Of a stretch of 64,000 bases of DNA, positions 1-7,866 are shown in pieces (positions within the stretch are counted from its first letter, which is position 1; each line of letters begins with the position of its first letter). The stretch comes from an uncultured bacterium (GTDB lineage Bacteria > Fidelibacterota > Marinisomatia > Marinisomatales > JACNKV01), in NCBI GenBank assembly GCA_964388155.1, contig CAYLYH010000003.1:24268-88267 (forward strand), written 5' to 3'. The notes below the pieces were generated by a model. The model was not told the origin of the DNA. It did not search any database and was given only the letters and a program-made list of their open reading frames with translations. The translations under genes and the position numbers were made by a program.

Positions 1-1
1 G

Positions 2-889
2 CTTGATTTTCTTATAGAACGCGGGATGAAAATCGGGCTTGTCGGGCGAAACGGCGCCGGAAAATCCACCTTGTTAAAATTACTCGCTGGTGTGGAGCCG
101 GTTACACAAGGACGTCTGGAGTATACACCCGGTGTAAAAAAAGCCTACTTTGCTCAGCATCAGTTAGAAATATTGAACCCGAATGATGCAGTGTTTACCT
201 CTATCCGAAAAAAATGTTCGGGTTGGACTGACAGAGAAATTCGCACGTTTTTAGGCGGTTTTCTTTTTTCCGGTGAAACGATTGATAAGCGAATCTCTGT
301 ATTGTCCGGCGGTGAAAAATCACGGCTTGCACTTGCACGGATACTTGCGGAACCTTCTCATGTCCTTTTATTGGATGAACCAACCAATCATTTGGATATG
401 GTATCCCGTGATATTGTAGAAACGGCTTTAAAAAATTATTCCGGGGCAATCGTTTGTATTTCTCACGACCGGCATTTTCTCAATGCCGTCACACATTTAA
501 CCGCAGAAATAGGCAATGGAAAAGCAACCTTGTATCATGGTAATTATGAATATTACGAGTGGAAAGTGTTGAATAAGGTTGAGGTTGAGCGAAGCGCCCG
601 CCTGCGCCCGCCTGCGCCCGCCTGCGGAACGGGCAGGGAACGGGTAGGGATTAAGGTTAAAACAAAAAAAACAGTTTATCGCGAAAAAAAGCGAAAGAAA
701 AATCGGCTGCAAAAAATTAAATTACTTCTGAAAGGTATTGAAGCTGAGCAACAATCTATTCAAAAAAAACTTTCAAGTTCTTCTGTTGCATCCGATTATG
801 AAAAAATTCATGAATTGTCCAAAAAAGACATGGAATTAGAATCAGCCTATTTTTATTTACTGGAAGAACAGGAAGCATTGGATAAATAA
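2..889 (+). CDS. ABC-F family ATPase, second ABC domain plus K/E-rich coiled-coil tail (5' end outside window)
   Basis: The frame is open to the window edge (LDFLIERG precedes the listed Met). Walker A GRNGAGKST, signature LSGGEKSRL, Walker B LLLDEPTNHLD, SHDR H-loop. No TM segments. Confidence 0.9.
   Translation, partial: LDFLIERGMKIGLVGRNGAGKSTLLKLLAGVEPVTQGRLEYTPGVKKAYFAQHQLEILNPNDAVFTSIRKKCSGWTDREIRTFLGGFLFSGETIDKRISVLSGGEKSRLALARILAEPSHVLLLDEPTNHLDMVSRDIVETALKNYSGAIVCISHDRHFLNAVTHLTAEIGNGKATLYHGNYEYYEWKVLNKVEVERSARLRPPAPACGTGRERVGIKVKTKKTVYREKKRKKNRLQKIKLLLKGIEAEQQSIQKKLSSSSVASDYEKIHELSKKDMELESAYFYLLEEQEALDK
576..660 (+). repeat. GC-rich composite repeat lying in frame inside the ABC-F gene
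   Basis: AGGTTGAGGTTGAG, then 3 x GCGCCCGCCT, then GCGGAACGGGCAGG GAACGGGTAGG, then GATTAAGGTTAA. The same module order recurs reverse-complemented at 20053-20177. The core is about 80% G+C by my count. Confidence 0.75.
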
Positions 890-1056
890 TACCCTCATTT
901 TTACTTTGTTATGTATGTGGGGTTAAGTGTTTTGTGCACTGGGCATACGTGTGGGGTTTAAAGATGTAGATTCTTCCTCACTTTGTTCGTCAGAAAGACA
1001 AAAAGACCATGTCATTCACCATCCGCCGGAGGGTAAGCGGGTCGGGATGACAAAAA
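890..1056. repeat. Modular intergenic repeat, copy 1
   Basis: 890-935 matches the reverse complement of 15721-15770 (GGGGTTAAGTGTTTTGT core). 971-1005 matches the reverse complement of 9772-9805 (TTTGTCTTTCTGACGAACAARGTGA). CGGGATGACAAAAAT is shared with the reverse complement of 15653-15672. Confidence 0.6.
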
Positions 1057-1063
1057 TCGTTTT

Positions 1064-2110
1064 TTATTTAAACATGCTTGAAAGCAACACGACAAGTTCA
1101 TCATAATCCATATTCTGTCCGAGATAGTATTCACCATCAGTGTTTTGGAGAATCAATTCATAATGCAAATGTGCAATGTCTTTACTTCCTTCGGCAGCCG
1201 GCATCAAACCGGAGTTCCCGGTCATTCCAAAAACCTCACCTTGTTTAATCTCATATCCGCGAGTTATGTGCGAATAGATATCAGAAAGGTGAGCATAAAT
1301 GGAAATGGCACGATATCCGGGGACAAGGTTAAATCCGTGGTCAACGATTACAGCCCGCCCTAAAAGTACATGATTAAAGATGTCGGAAGGCGTATGTCCG
1401 GTACGTTTGGCGTTTTCTAACATGGTTTTTAAGAACACCGTTGTAACCTCATTATAATGATGATCTGATCGAACAATAATTCCATCCGAAACTGCCCTTG
1501 CCGGTGTTCCCCAATTTGCTTGAAAATCAATTCCACGGTGGATGCCGTTTCGATATTGGCGTGGGGAGTTGGGTAAAAAATGAGGTTCTGTCGGCAGAGG
1601 AACACTCTCGCAGGGGAGAAGTAATCTAGTGTTCTTAAGGGCATCAGCAGAAAGTAAATGAGCCGGTTTAGAAAACAGGGGCTCGATTGGTAAAAGCACA
1701 GTTTGTTTGTGTTTTTGTATAATGGTGTTTGCGAGATTGAGCAAATTATTTTGGTTTATTTTATAAACGAATGTGAAATTATCATCGGAATATTTTATAT
1801 TTATTAATTCATAATGAATGTTATAATCCTCAAAGTGGGAGGATATATTATCTTCGACAATCTGTTTGAGTAAGGCGTCGTCAATGTCGGATAGAACTGT
1901 TTTCAAAATAATGGTTTGAGACGGGGTAGGTGGGGTATCTAGTGAAAAACATTCATCCAAAAGACCATAAGGAACCGTAATGGAAAACTGAAGGGAATCC
2001 TTGGAAAACGAGTAAACAGGTTTAACGTCTTCGGTCGTGACAGGTGGAGAGTAAGAACATCCTGAAACAAACAGCATAATACCTAAAACATAGGTGTAGA
2101 TTTTCGTCAA
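1064..2110 (-). CDS. M23 family metallopeptidase, lipoprotein
   Basis: TTG start. Signal plus lipobox LFVSGC. C-terminal M23 motifs HRGIDF, AHLS and HLHYEL. Confidence 0.8.
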   Translation of the reverse strand: MTKIYTYVLGIMLFVSGCSYSPPVTTEDVKPVYSFSKDSLQFSITVPYGLLDECFSLDTPPTPSQTIILKTVLSDIDDALLKQIVEDNISSHFEDYNIHYELINIKYSDDNFTFVYKINQNNLLNLANTIIQKHKQTVLLPIEPLFSKPAHLLSADALKNTRLLLPCESVPLPTEPHFLPNSPRQYRNGIHRGIDFQANWGTPARAVSDGIIVRSDHHYNEVTTVFLKTMLENAKRTGHTPSDIFNHVLLGRAVIVDHGFNLVPGYRAISIYAHLSDIYSHITRGYEIKQGEVFGMTGNSGLMPAAEGSKDIAHLHYELILQNTDGEYYLGQNMDYDELVVLLSSMFK

Positions 2111-2113
2111 CGG

Positions 2114-2557
2114 TTATTCAGAGATGTTGCGTAAATGTTTTGTGAGAATATCGACTCCATCCATAAATGACTGGTCCGGTTTCCCGGTTACGGATCCGAT
2201 GTTACTGTCGGCAAGGATGGAATCTCCGGCGGCTGTTCCCATGAAAAATTCACCATCAAAAAACACTTCGACAAACGGAAGCCCAACCAACTCCAGTGTC
2301 TCTTTGAGCATATATTCATACCGTGCCCAAGACATTGGAGCAATGATGATTCCATCAGCCCAGTTGCGGTTTCGTTGAATAAGCGTAATCACTTTTTCTA
2401 ACTTATGCGTTTGCAGGATTTTTAATTCAATATCTTGATTTCGGACATGAAGCCGCAGGGCACGGTTTACCTTGTCCAGTGTTAAGATGTTTCCGGTTTT
2501 TGATGATTTTATACCCAACAAGTTGAGGTTAGGTCCCTGAATAATTAGTGTGTTCAT
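2114..2557 (-). CDS. Type II 3-dehydroquinate dehydratase (AroQ)-like protein with divergent active-site positions
   Basis: The N-terminus LIIQGPNLNLLG and the GIIIxP and VEV blocks align to AroQ. The RxxxYG Tyr, the NPGA/HTS block and the EVH His appear substituted (KTGN, APMSWARY, EVFF). Confidence 0.5.
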   Translation of the reverse strand: MNTLIIQGPNLNLLGIKSSKTGNILTLDKVNRALRLHVRNQDIELKILQTHKLEKVITLIQRNRNWADGIIIAPMSWARYEYMLKETLELVGLPFVEVFFDGEFFMGTAAGDSILADSNIGSVTGKPDQSFMDGVDILTKHLRNISE

Positions 2558-2631
2558 TGTTAAGTGTTAAGGTGTTTGCGGGTTAGAGTTTTAAAGTATC
2601 GTGGTTCTTATTTCTTCATTTGATTTGTTTT

Positions 2632-3009
2632 TCATCTCAGCGGTAGGAGATGCCCAAGTATGTAGCCGATAATAATTCCGGTAAGGACTGCAAACGTTAG
2701 AATTCTCGAACTTGTTACAGACTTTGTGTATCCTTTTTTAATTGCCACAACAGATACAAAATATCCAAGAGCATTCACAACCCAGAAAAAAGGGATGGTG
2801 AAAAGTTTAATTATAAAGGGACCAATCCAGGGGATGAGTGCAATGAGTGCGCCCAACCCGGAAAACACTTGCGTAAACAGTCCAAGAGCCAACGTTAAGA
2901 AGACAACGATTTTTTCGTCAGTTCCCAACCGAAGCGCCACAATAATCACGATGACAACAATCCCCCAAATTAGAAAATGTCGTTTATTTTCTTTCCAAAT
3001 GTTATTCAT
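2632..3009 (-). CDS. Small integral membrane protein (about 4 TM), unknown function
   Basis: Hydrophobic segments throughout. The ATG overlaps the upstream TGA (ATGA) at 3006-3009. Confidence 0.5.
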   Translation of the reverse strand: MNNIWKENKRHFLIWGIVVIVIIVALRLGTDEKIVVFLTLALGLFTQVFSGLGALIALIPWIGPFIIKLFTIPFFWVVNALGYFVSVVAIKKGYTKSVTSSRILTFAVLTGIIIGYILGHLLPLR

Positions 3010-3803
3010 GGTTTCATCTGAATCTTTATCGGAATGCCAGACAGCGTAAAAGAAGCTTGGAGAATATGTTTGTCCCCCCCCCGCTCAACCCAAAGCTGTC
3101 TGACGCCTTTTTGATGGGTAATATTACGGCTGAAATAGTCTGTTTGGTCAAGTATTTTTACATTTTTTTTGTTCGCCGGAAAAACGTCCAAACGAAAATG
3201 ATTAGATGAAATGGAGTCACTACCAACAAATAGATTCATCGAATCCGCCCACAAAAAACGAGCTCTAAAGGATGACCCTTCGTGTTCCATCAAGAACCAC
3301 TTTGTGTCCAGCTCGTTTATAGGTGTGTATTGCGCACGACGGAACAAAGAAAAAATGTTGTGGTGTTTTTCTTTCCTTGAAACCCTCATGTGCTTTTTGT
3401 AATTAAACTCATGAGAGCTTTCATCCCAAACACAGGTTAGTTTTTGGTCAAACGTTTTCTGTTTAATGGATTTTCGATACGACGTGCATGCATAAGCAGT
3501 TGAATCAAATGTTGTGATATAATTATTGTCAAAAGGAATAATGATATCAACGATTCCTGTTGATTTTGCATGAACATACATTGAGTCTGGCGTGGGTGTA
3601 TGAATGGTTACCTCACCAATCTGAAATCCCCATAACGTTATTTCATAGGTTTGTGATTGAACAAGGGGAGTTATCATCATTGCTGTTGTCAGCAGGGATA
3701 ATAAAAAACGAAAATGTTTCAAGAGGTGGCTTTCCAGTTGAAACGACCGATAAGACTTAAAACACCAAGCATTGGGATGTAAATAATTTGAAATAAAACC
3801 CAA
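3006..3803 (-). CDS. Hypothetical secreted beta-rich protein (possibly DUF3108-like)
   Basis: Signal-like FLLSLLTTAMMITPLVQSQ. The listed ATG overlaps the GT2 gene by 85 nt. A TTG at about 3722 overlapping the GT2 TGA (TTGA) is a plausible true start. Contains a G9 run at 3074-3082. Confidence 0.4.
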   Translation of the reverse strand: MGFISNYLHPNAWCFKSYRSFQLESHLLKHFRFLLSLLTTAMMITPLVQSQTYEITLWGFQIGEVTIHTPTPDSMYVHAKSTGIVDIIIPFDNNYITTFDSTAYACTSYRKSIKQKTFDQKLTCVWDESSHEFNYKKHMRVSRKEKHHNIFSLFRRAQYTPINELDTKWFLMEHEGSSFRARFLWADSMNLFVGSDSISSNHFRLDVFPANKKNVKILDQTDYFSRNITHQKGVRQLWVERGGDKHILQASFTLSGIPIKIQMKP

Positions 3804-4837
3804 AGAATGATTTGAATTGGATTTAGTCGAAAATGAAATTTTATTGCCCCTGCGGTGAAGAGTAGAGTATCAAAAACAAATTTTATGAAAATTGCCGGAA
3901 TAAAAAGAGAAAACATCGGAAAAAATAATGCTGAGATAAATAGACCGACATTTGTGAAGTATGTGGTAAGCAGAAAAAACAGAAAACCAAAACGGGAATA
4001 TCCTGACAGTTTTTTTGTGTTAGAAGCCCATCGGATTTGTTGACTGAAGAAATCAGAAAGCGACTGTACCGGTTCTGTTGTTACAAAGCTATGTGAATCA
4101 AGATTAAAATACACAGAAGCATACTTTGCAATGGATTGAACCAAAAACATATCATCGCCCGAGAGCTCATCTGCTACGGAGGTAAATCCTCCGATTTTGT
4201 CATAGAAAGATCGTTTGTATGCCAAATTCTGCCCGGACCCTGACCATGCCCTGTTCCAACCAATCGCCCCGGCATTGGCAGTCATAAGTGCAAAGAAATC
4301 GAGAAATTGATGTTGGTTCAAAAGAGAGTTGGGGTTTTTTTGCACTGTAGACAACCCAACAACAATCCCAGTTCCCGGATCAAATGCGTGAACCATGCTG
4401 TGGATCCATGTCATCGGTATGCGGCAATCTGCATCTGTTGAGAGAATAATCTCTCCGCCGGAAGATGCCTTGATGGCTCGGGATAGTGCGTGTTTTTTGG
4501 GGGTCATGTCTTCTGATTTCTTCGTTATCTGTACCCCAATAATATTTGAATGTCCTGACGCATATTCAGAGATGATATTCCATGTGCTGTCTTCTGATCT
4601 GTCGTCCGCAATAATCACCTCATATTTATCGTTCGGATACTCCTGTTTGGACAAATCCTGAAGGAGCTGTGGCAAGTTCTTTTCTTCGTTTCTTGCTGCA
4701 ATAATTACAGAAACAGATGGGAGGTCAATTCGGTGCTCCGACCCTCGACGCAGACGAAGCAGCCCAATGGTAAGCGCCAAAATAAAAACAAGATACATTA
4801 AGAAAGCACCGGTAAAAAATATGAGTAAAAAATTCAT
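3719..4837 (-). CDS. Membrane-embedded family 2 glycosyltransferase, processive type
   Basis: N-terminal TM. VSVIIAARNEE...IIADDRSEDST, DAD and the QQIRWA (QxxRW) motif. Multi-TM C-terminus. Confidence 0.85.
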   Translation of the reverse strand: MNFLLIFFTGAFLMYLVFILALTIGLLRLRRGSEHRIDLPSVSVIIAARNEEKNLPQLLQDLSKQEYPNDKYEVIIADDRSEDSTWNIISEYASGHSNIIGVQITKKSEDMTPKKHALSRAIKASSGGEIILSTDADCRIPMTWIHSMVHAFDPGTGIVVGLSTVQKNPNSLLNQHQFLDFFALMTANAGAIGWNRAWSGSGQNLAYKRSFYDKIGGFTSVADELSGDDMFLVQSIAKYASVYFNLDSHSFVTTEPVQSLSDFFSQQIRWASNTKKLSGYSRFGFLFFLLTTYFTNVGLFISALFFPMFSLFIPAIFIKFVFDTLLFTAGAIKFHFRLNPIQIILWVLFQIIYIPMLGVLSLIGRFNWKATS

Positions 4838-4893
4838 CGTAAGATAATTATTCAGTTATGAAAAACAACACAGATGCCAGACCTATATACTTT

Positions 4894-6267
4894 TTACCCC
4901 ACGGGAAGGATAGATATTGCAATCAGAAAATAGAGCGCAACACCAAGAATATCAATACTGGTTGTCACAAATGGTCCGGTAGCAATCGCAGGATCCACAT
5001 CCAATTTTCGAAGGAGAAGTGGAACAAGTGTGCCGATGAATGTCGCAATCAGCATGGAAGCACAAATACTCAACCCCACCACAAGCCCAAGATACGGACT
5101 TGTGTCCAAAAATTTAAAGATAGCAAACACGCCAAGTAATAAACCGTACAGACCGCCAAGAATTAGCCCGACGCTGGTTTCTTTGAGAATTAATTTAAGA
5201 TCGTCACCAATATTTACACGCCCGGTGGCAAGCCCACGCACCACAATCGTCGAACTTTGCGTCCCAACATTTCCTCCCATCCCAATAATGACAGGGATAA
5301 AGGCAGCCAAGGCCATCGTAGCTTCCAAGACATGTTCAAAAGCCCCAATGATGTACGCAGCAACAATTCCCCCTATCCAGCTAGCAAACAGCCAGGGTAA
5401 GCGTGCGCGTGCATTATCCCACGAAGACTTCAACAAGATTTCACGGTCTTTTCCGGCACCCGCCATCTGGAGAAAGTCTTCCGTTGCCTCTTCCCGGACA
5501 ACATCCACAACATCATCAACCGTAACGATTCCTAAAATGTGATCATCAGAATCGACCACGGGGATGGCAAGGTAATTATACTGGGAGACAACATGCGCAA
5601 CTTCTTCCTGATCTGTTTCCGGGCGAACAGAGTGAACGTGCTTAGCCATAATATCTTTTAATCGAACTTCAGGGGGTGTTGTCACAAGGTCTCTAAGTGA
5701 AATCACGCCGGTAAGACCTCCGTCATCATCGGTAATATAAAGGTAAAATACCATTTCTGCGTCTTCATGGTCCTGTAAAGAGCGTATGGCTTCCTCCGCT
5801 GTTGTTTCTTCGTGCAGCGTAAAAACATCTGTGGACATAAGGCTCCCGGCACTGTCTTCCGGATAAGCTAATATTTCTTCAACCTCTTCCTGTTCTTCTT
5901 CTTTCATAAGATCAAGCACCGATTGTACTTTTTCTTCGGATAATAAGTTTAGGATATCCGCCTGATCATTCGACCCAAGTTCTTGAAATATCCGGACAAT
6001 TCGTGCAGGGTCTTCTCTCTCAAGAAGGTTTGATACAATCGACTCATCCAGCTCGACCATAACCTCCGCCGTATGCACATCTTCGATCATGTACCCAAAC
6101 AGGGTTGTTTGTTCTGTGTCTGAGAAATATCGAAAGAGAACAGCAAGGTCAGCGGGATGCGTTTTTTGGATAAGTTTAATTAAGTTCGTTTTTGCATGCC
6201 GTCGAAGCAAACGGCGGAACGTATCACGCAAAACAGTAATTTCATGTACAAACATTTCTTTTTTCAT
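4894..6267 (-). CDS. mgtE: Magnesium transporter MgtE
   Basis: MgtE N-domain, tandem CBS region and a 5-TM C-terminus with the GNVGTQSS motif. Confidence 0.95.
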   Translation of the reverse strand: MKKEMFVHEITVLRDTFRRLLRRHAKTNLIKLIQKTHPADLAVLFRYFSDTEQTTLFGYMIEDVHTAEVMVELDESIVSNLLEREDPARIVRIFQELGSNDQADILNLLSEEKVQSVLDLMKEEEQEEVEEILAYPEDSAGSLMSTDVFTLHEETTAEEAIRSLQDHEDAEMVFYLYITDDDGGLTGVISLRDLVTTPPEVRLKDIMAKHVHSVRPETDQEEVAHVVSQYNYLAIPVVDSDDHILGIVTVDDVVDVVREEATEDFLQMAGAGKDREILLKSSWDNARARLPWLFASWIGGIVAAYIIGAFEHVLEATMALAAFIPVIIGMGGNVGTQSSTIVVRGLATGRVNIGDDLKLILKETSVGLILGGLYGLLLGVFAIFKFLDTSPYLGLVVGLSICASMLIATFIGTLVPLLLRKLDVDPAIATGPFVTTSIDILGVALYFLIAISILPVG

Positions 6268-7064
6268 CGTTGAATCTCCAAAGATTTATGAAGCCATTTG
6301 AAACCAAAATAAACACATATCACTGCAAATACAAGTAAAATAGGTGAGACATGATTATGCCATGTGTAAAACACGTCGGAGTTATCCTCGGTATTCGCCT
6401 GTAAAAGCGCAAACCCGTTGTTCATTCCGTGTAAAATAAAACTAGGGAGGATAGACCCTGTCCGCCACGCGAGATATCCAAGCAAAACACCAAGAACGTA
6501 AATCTGGATCAACCAATATGGATTCATATGCGTAAAAGCGAAAAACAGACTGGTGACGAGGACTGCCCGAGTAATATCACGCCAGTTATCTTCAAGAAAT
6601 TTTTGTAAAAAACCACGGAAGAGTAATTCTTCTCCAAGTGGTGCAATGATAACGACTGCAGAGATAACCAGAAACATCGTTCTTACTGATGTCAGTTTAA
6701 AATTATCCACAAGCTGTTCCAGTGCGCCGGGAAGAGGAAAAAAAAGACTCATCACCCTGTCCATTTCATCCGCAAGAATGATGATACCAATAGACAAAAT
6801 AACCACAGAAAAAACCACAGAAGCTGAAACGGGATGCAGGCGAAACCTGGAACGTATGTTCTCTCCGCGAAATTTTAGAAAAATAAACGCCGGAAGAATA
6901 ATGGTGCCCTGACCAATTAACAAAGAAAGGTGCGTGTAGTATAACTCCCTGTCAGGATGAAACCTCAACCCAAAATCGAGGATAACACCACTTACAGCAA
7001 ACGCCAATAGGATAGACGCTGCCACAAGTCCGAAAACAACGGAGACTGTGAGTATCCGATTCAT
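6264..7064 (-). CDS. CPBP (CAAX) family intramembrane glutamic endopeptidase
   Basis: EELLFRG, FAFTH and HGMNN motifs in a polytopic membrane protein. Confidence 0.85.
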   Translation of the reverse strand: MNRILTVSVVFGLVAASILLAFAVSGVILDFGLRFHPDRELYYTHLSLLIGQGTIILPAFIFLKFRGENIRSRFRLHPVSASVVFSVVILSIGIIILADEMDRVMSLFFPLPGALEQLVDNFKLTSVRTMFLVISAVVIIAPLGEELLFRGFLQKFLEDNWRDITRAVLVTSLFFAFTHMNPYWLIQIYVLGVLLGYLAWRTGSILPSFILHGMNNGFALLQANTEDNSDVFYTWHNHVSPILLVFAVICVYFGFKWLHKSLEIQR

Positions 7065-7098
7065 GAGGGTCTGTTTCTTCGTATATCATAGGTAAAAG

Positions 7099-7863
7099 TT
7101 AAGGATTTTGACCGGTCAATTCATACAACAGAATGCTTCCGGCAATTGCCGCATTTAAAGACTCTCCGCCACCAATTTTAGGAATGGACACAGAAAAATC
7201 AAGGCTGTTTATAATTTCGGCGGAAAGTCCATGCGCCTCACTCCCAATTGCCAAAATCCATGGTTCTTCAATTGTTTCAATTGAAGAAATAGATGCACCA
7301 TTACTTACTCCTCCCAAAATAGTGTGCGTTTTTTTCAAGACTGATAACTCCAGCGGCTCAAAAATAGATGTATGGAAATGAGCGCCCATTCCTGCGCGAA
7401 TAACTTTTGCATTGAAAGGATCAATAGAATTGGGTGAGAGAGCAATATGGTTTACATCAAACCAAACAGCCGTCCGCAACAGAGTGCCGAGGTTACCCGG
7501 ATCTTGCATTTCAAATAGATATAACCAGTTGTTTCGGTCGTCTGGTTTTATATCATTTTTATGTGAGAAAGAACACACTCCGGCGATGCCCGATGGATGG
7601 ACGGTGTCGGAAATAGATAGAAGATCGGCCTCAGATACGACGCAAAAGGGAATCTCTTTTTTCCGCAGAGTTTCGATAAACTCTTGATGGTTTAGATTAG
7701 ATAAAAAAGTTTCGGTAGCATAAATTTGTTTTAATGGAGTGTCCTCTACTTCTAACGCGGAGGAAATCAAACGAGCTCCCTCTACAAGATACTCTCCATA
7801 TTGTTTTCGATACTTCTTTATCTGAAGTGATCGAATCTGTTTTTTTTCTTTATTCGTAAGCAT
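7099..7863 (-). CDS. TrmH/SpoU family RNA 2'-O-methyltransferase
   Basis: DPGNLGTLLRTA, GSEAHGLS and ESLNAAIAGSILLYE motifs. Confidence 0.85.
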   Translation of the reverse strand: MLTNKEKKQIRSLQIKKYRKQYGEYLVEGARLISSALEVEDTPLKQIYATETFLSNLNHQEFIETLRKKEIPFCVVSEADLLSISDTVHPSGIAGVCSFSHKNDIKPDDRNNWLYLFEMQDPGNLGTLLRTAVWFDVNHIALSPNSIDPFNAKVIRAGMGAHFHTSIFEPLELSVLKKTHTILGGVSNGASISSIETIEEPWILAIGSEAHGLSAEIINSLDFSVSIPKIGGGESLNAAIAGSILLYELTGQNP

Positions 7864-7866
7864 ACG

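Noticed and set aside
5030-5542. Long antisense ORFs inside strong genes (5030-5542 in mgtE, 25322-25888 in the UbiA-family gene, 12474-12920 in the TonB receptor, 40589-41092 in the Tyr-rich gene, 60653-61144 in ppdK, 39714-40265 in the activator gene).
   Set aside because: All lie opposite well-supported CDS, have low-complexity or Pro/Ser/Arg-rich translations, and lack start context. They are typical shadow ORFs.
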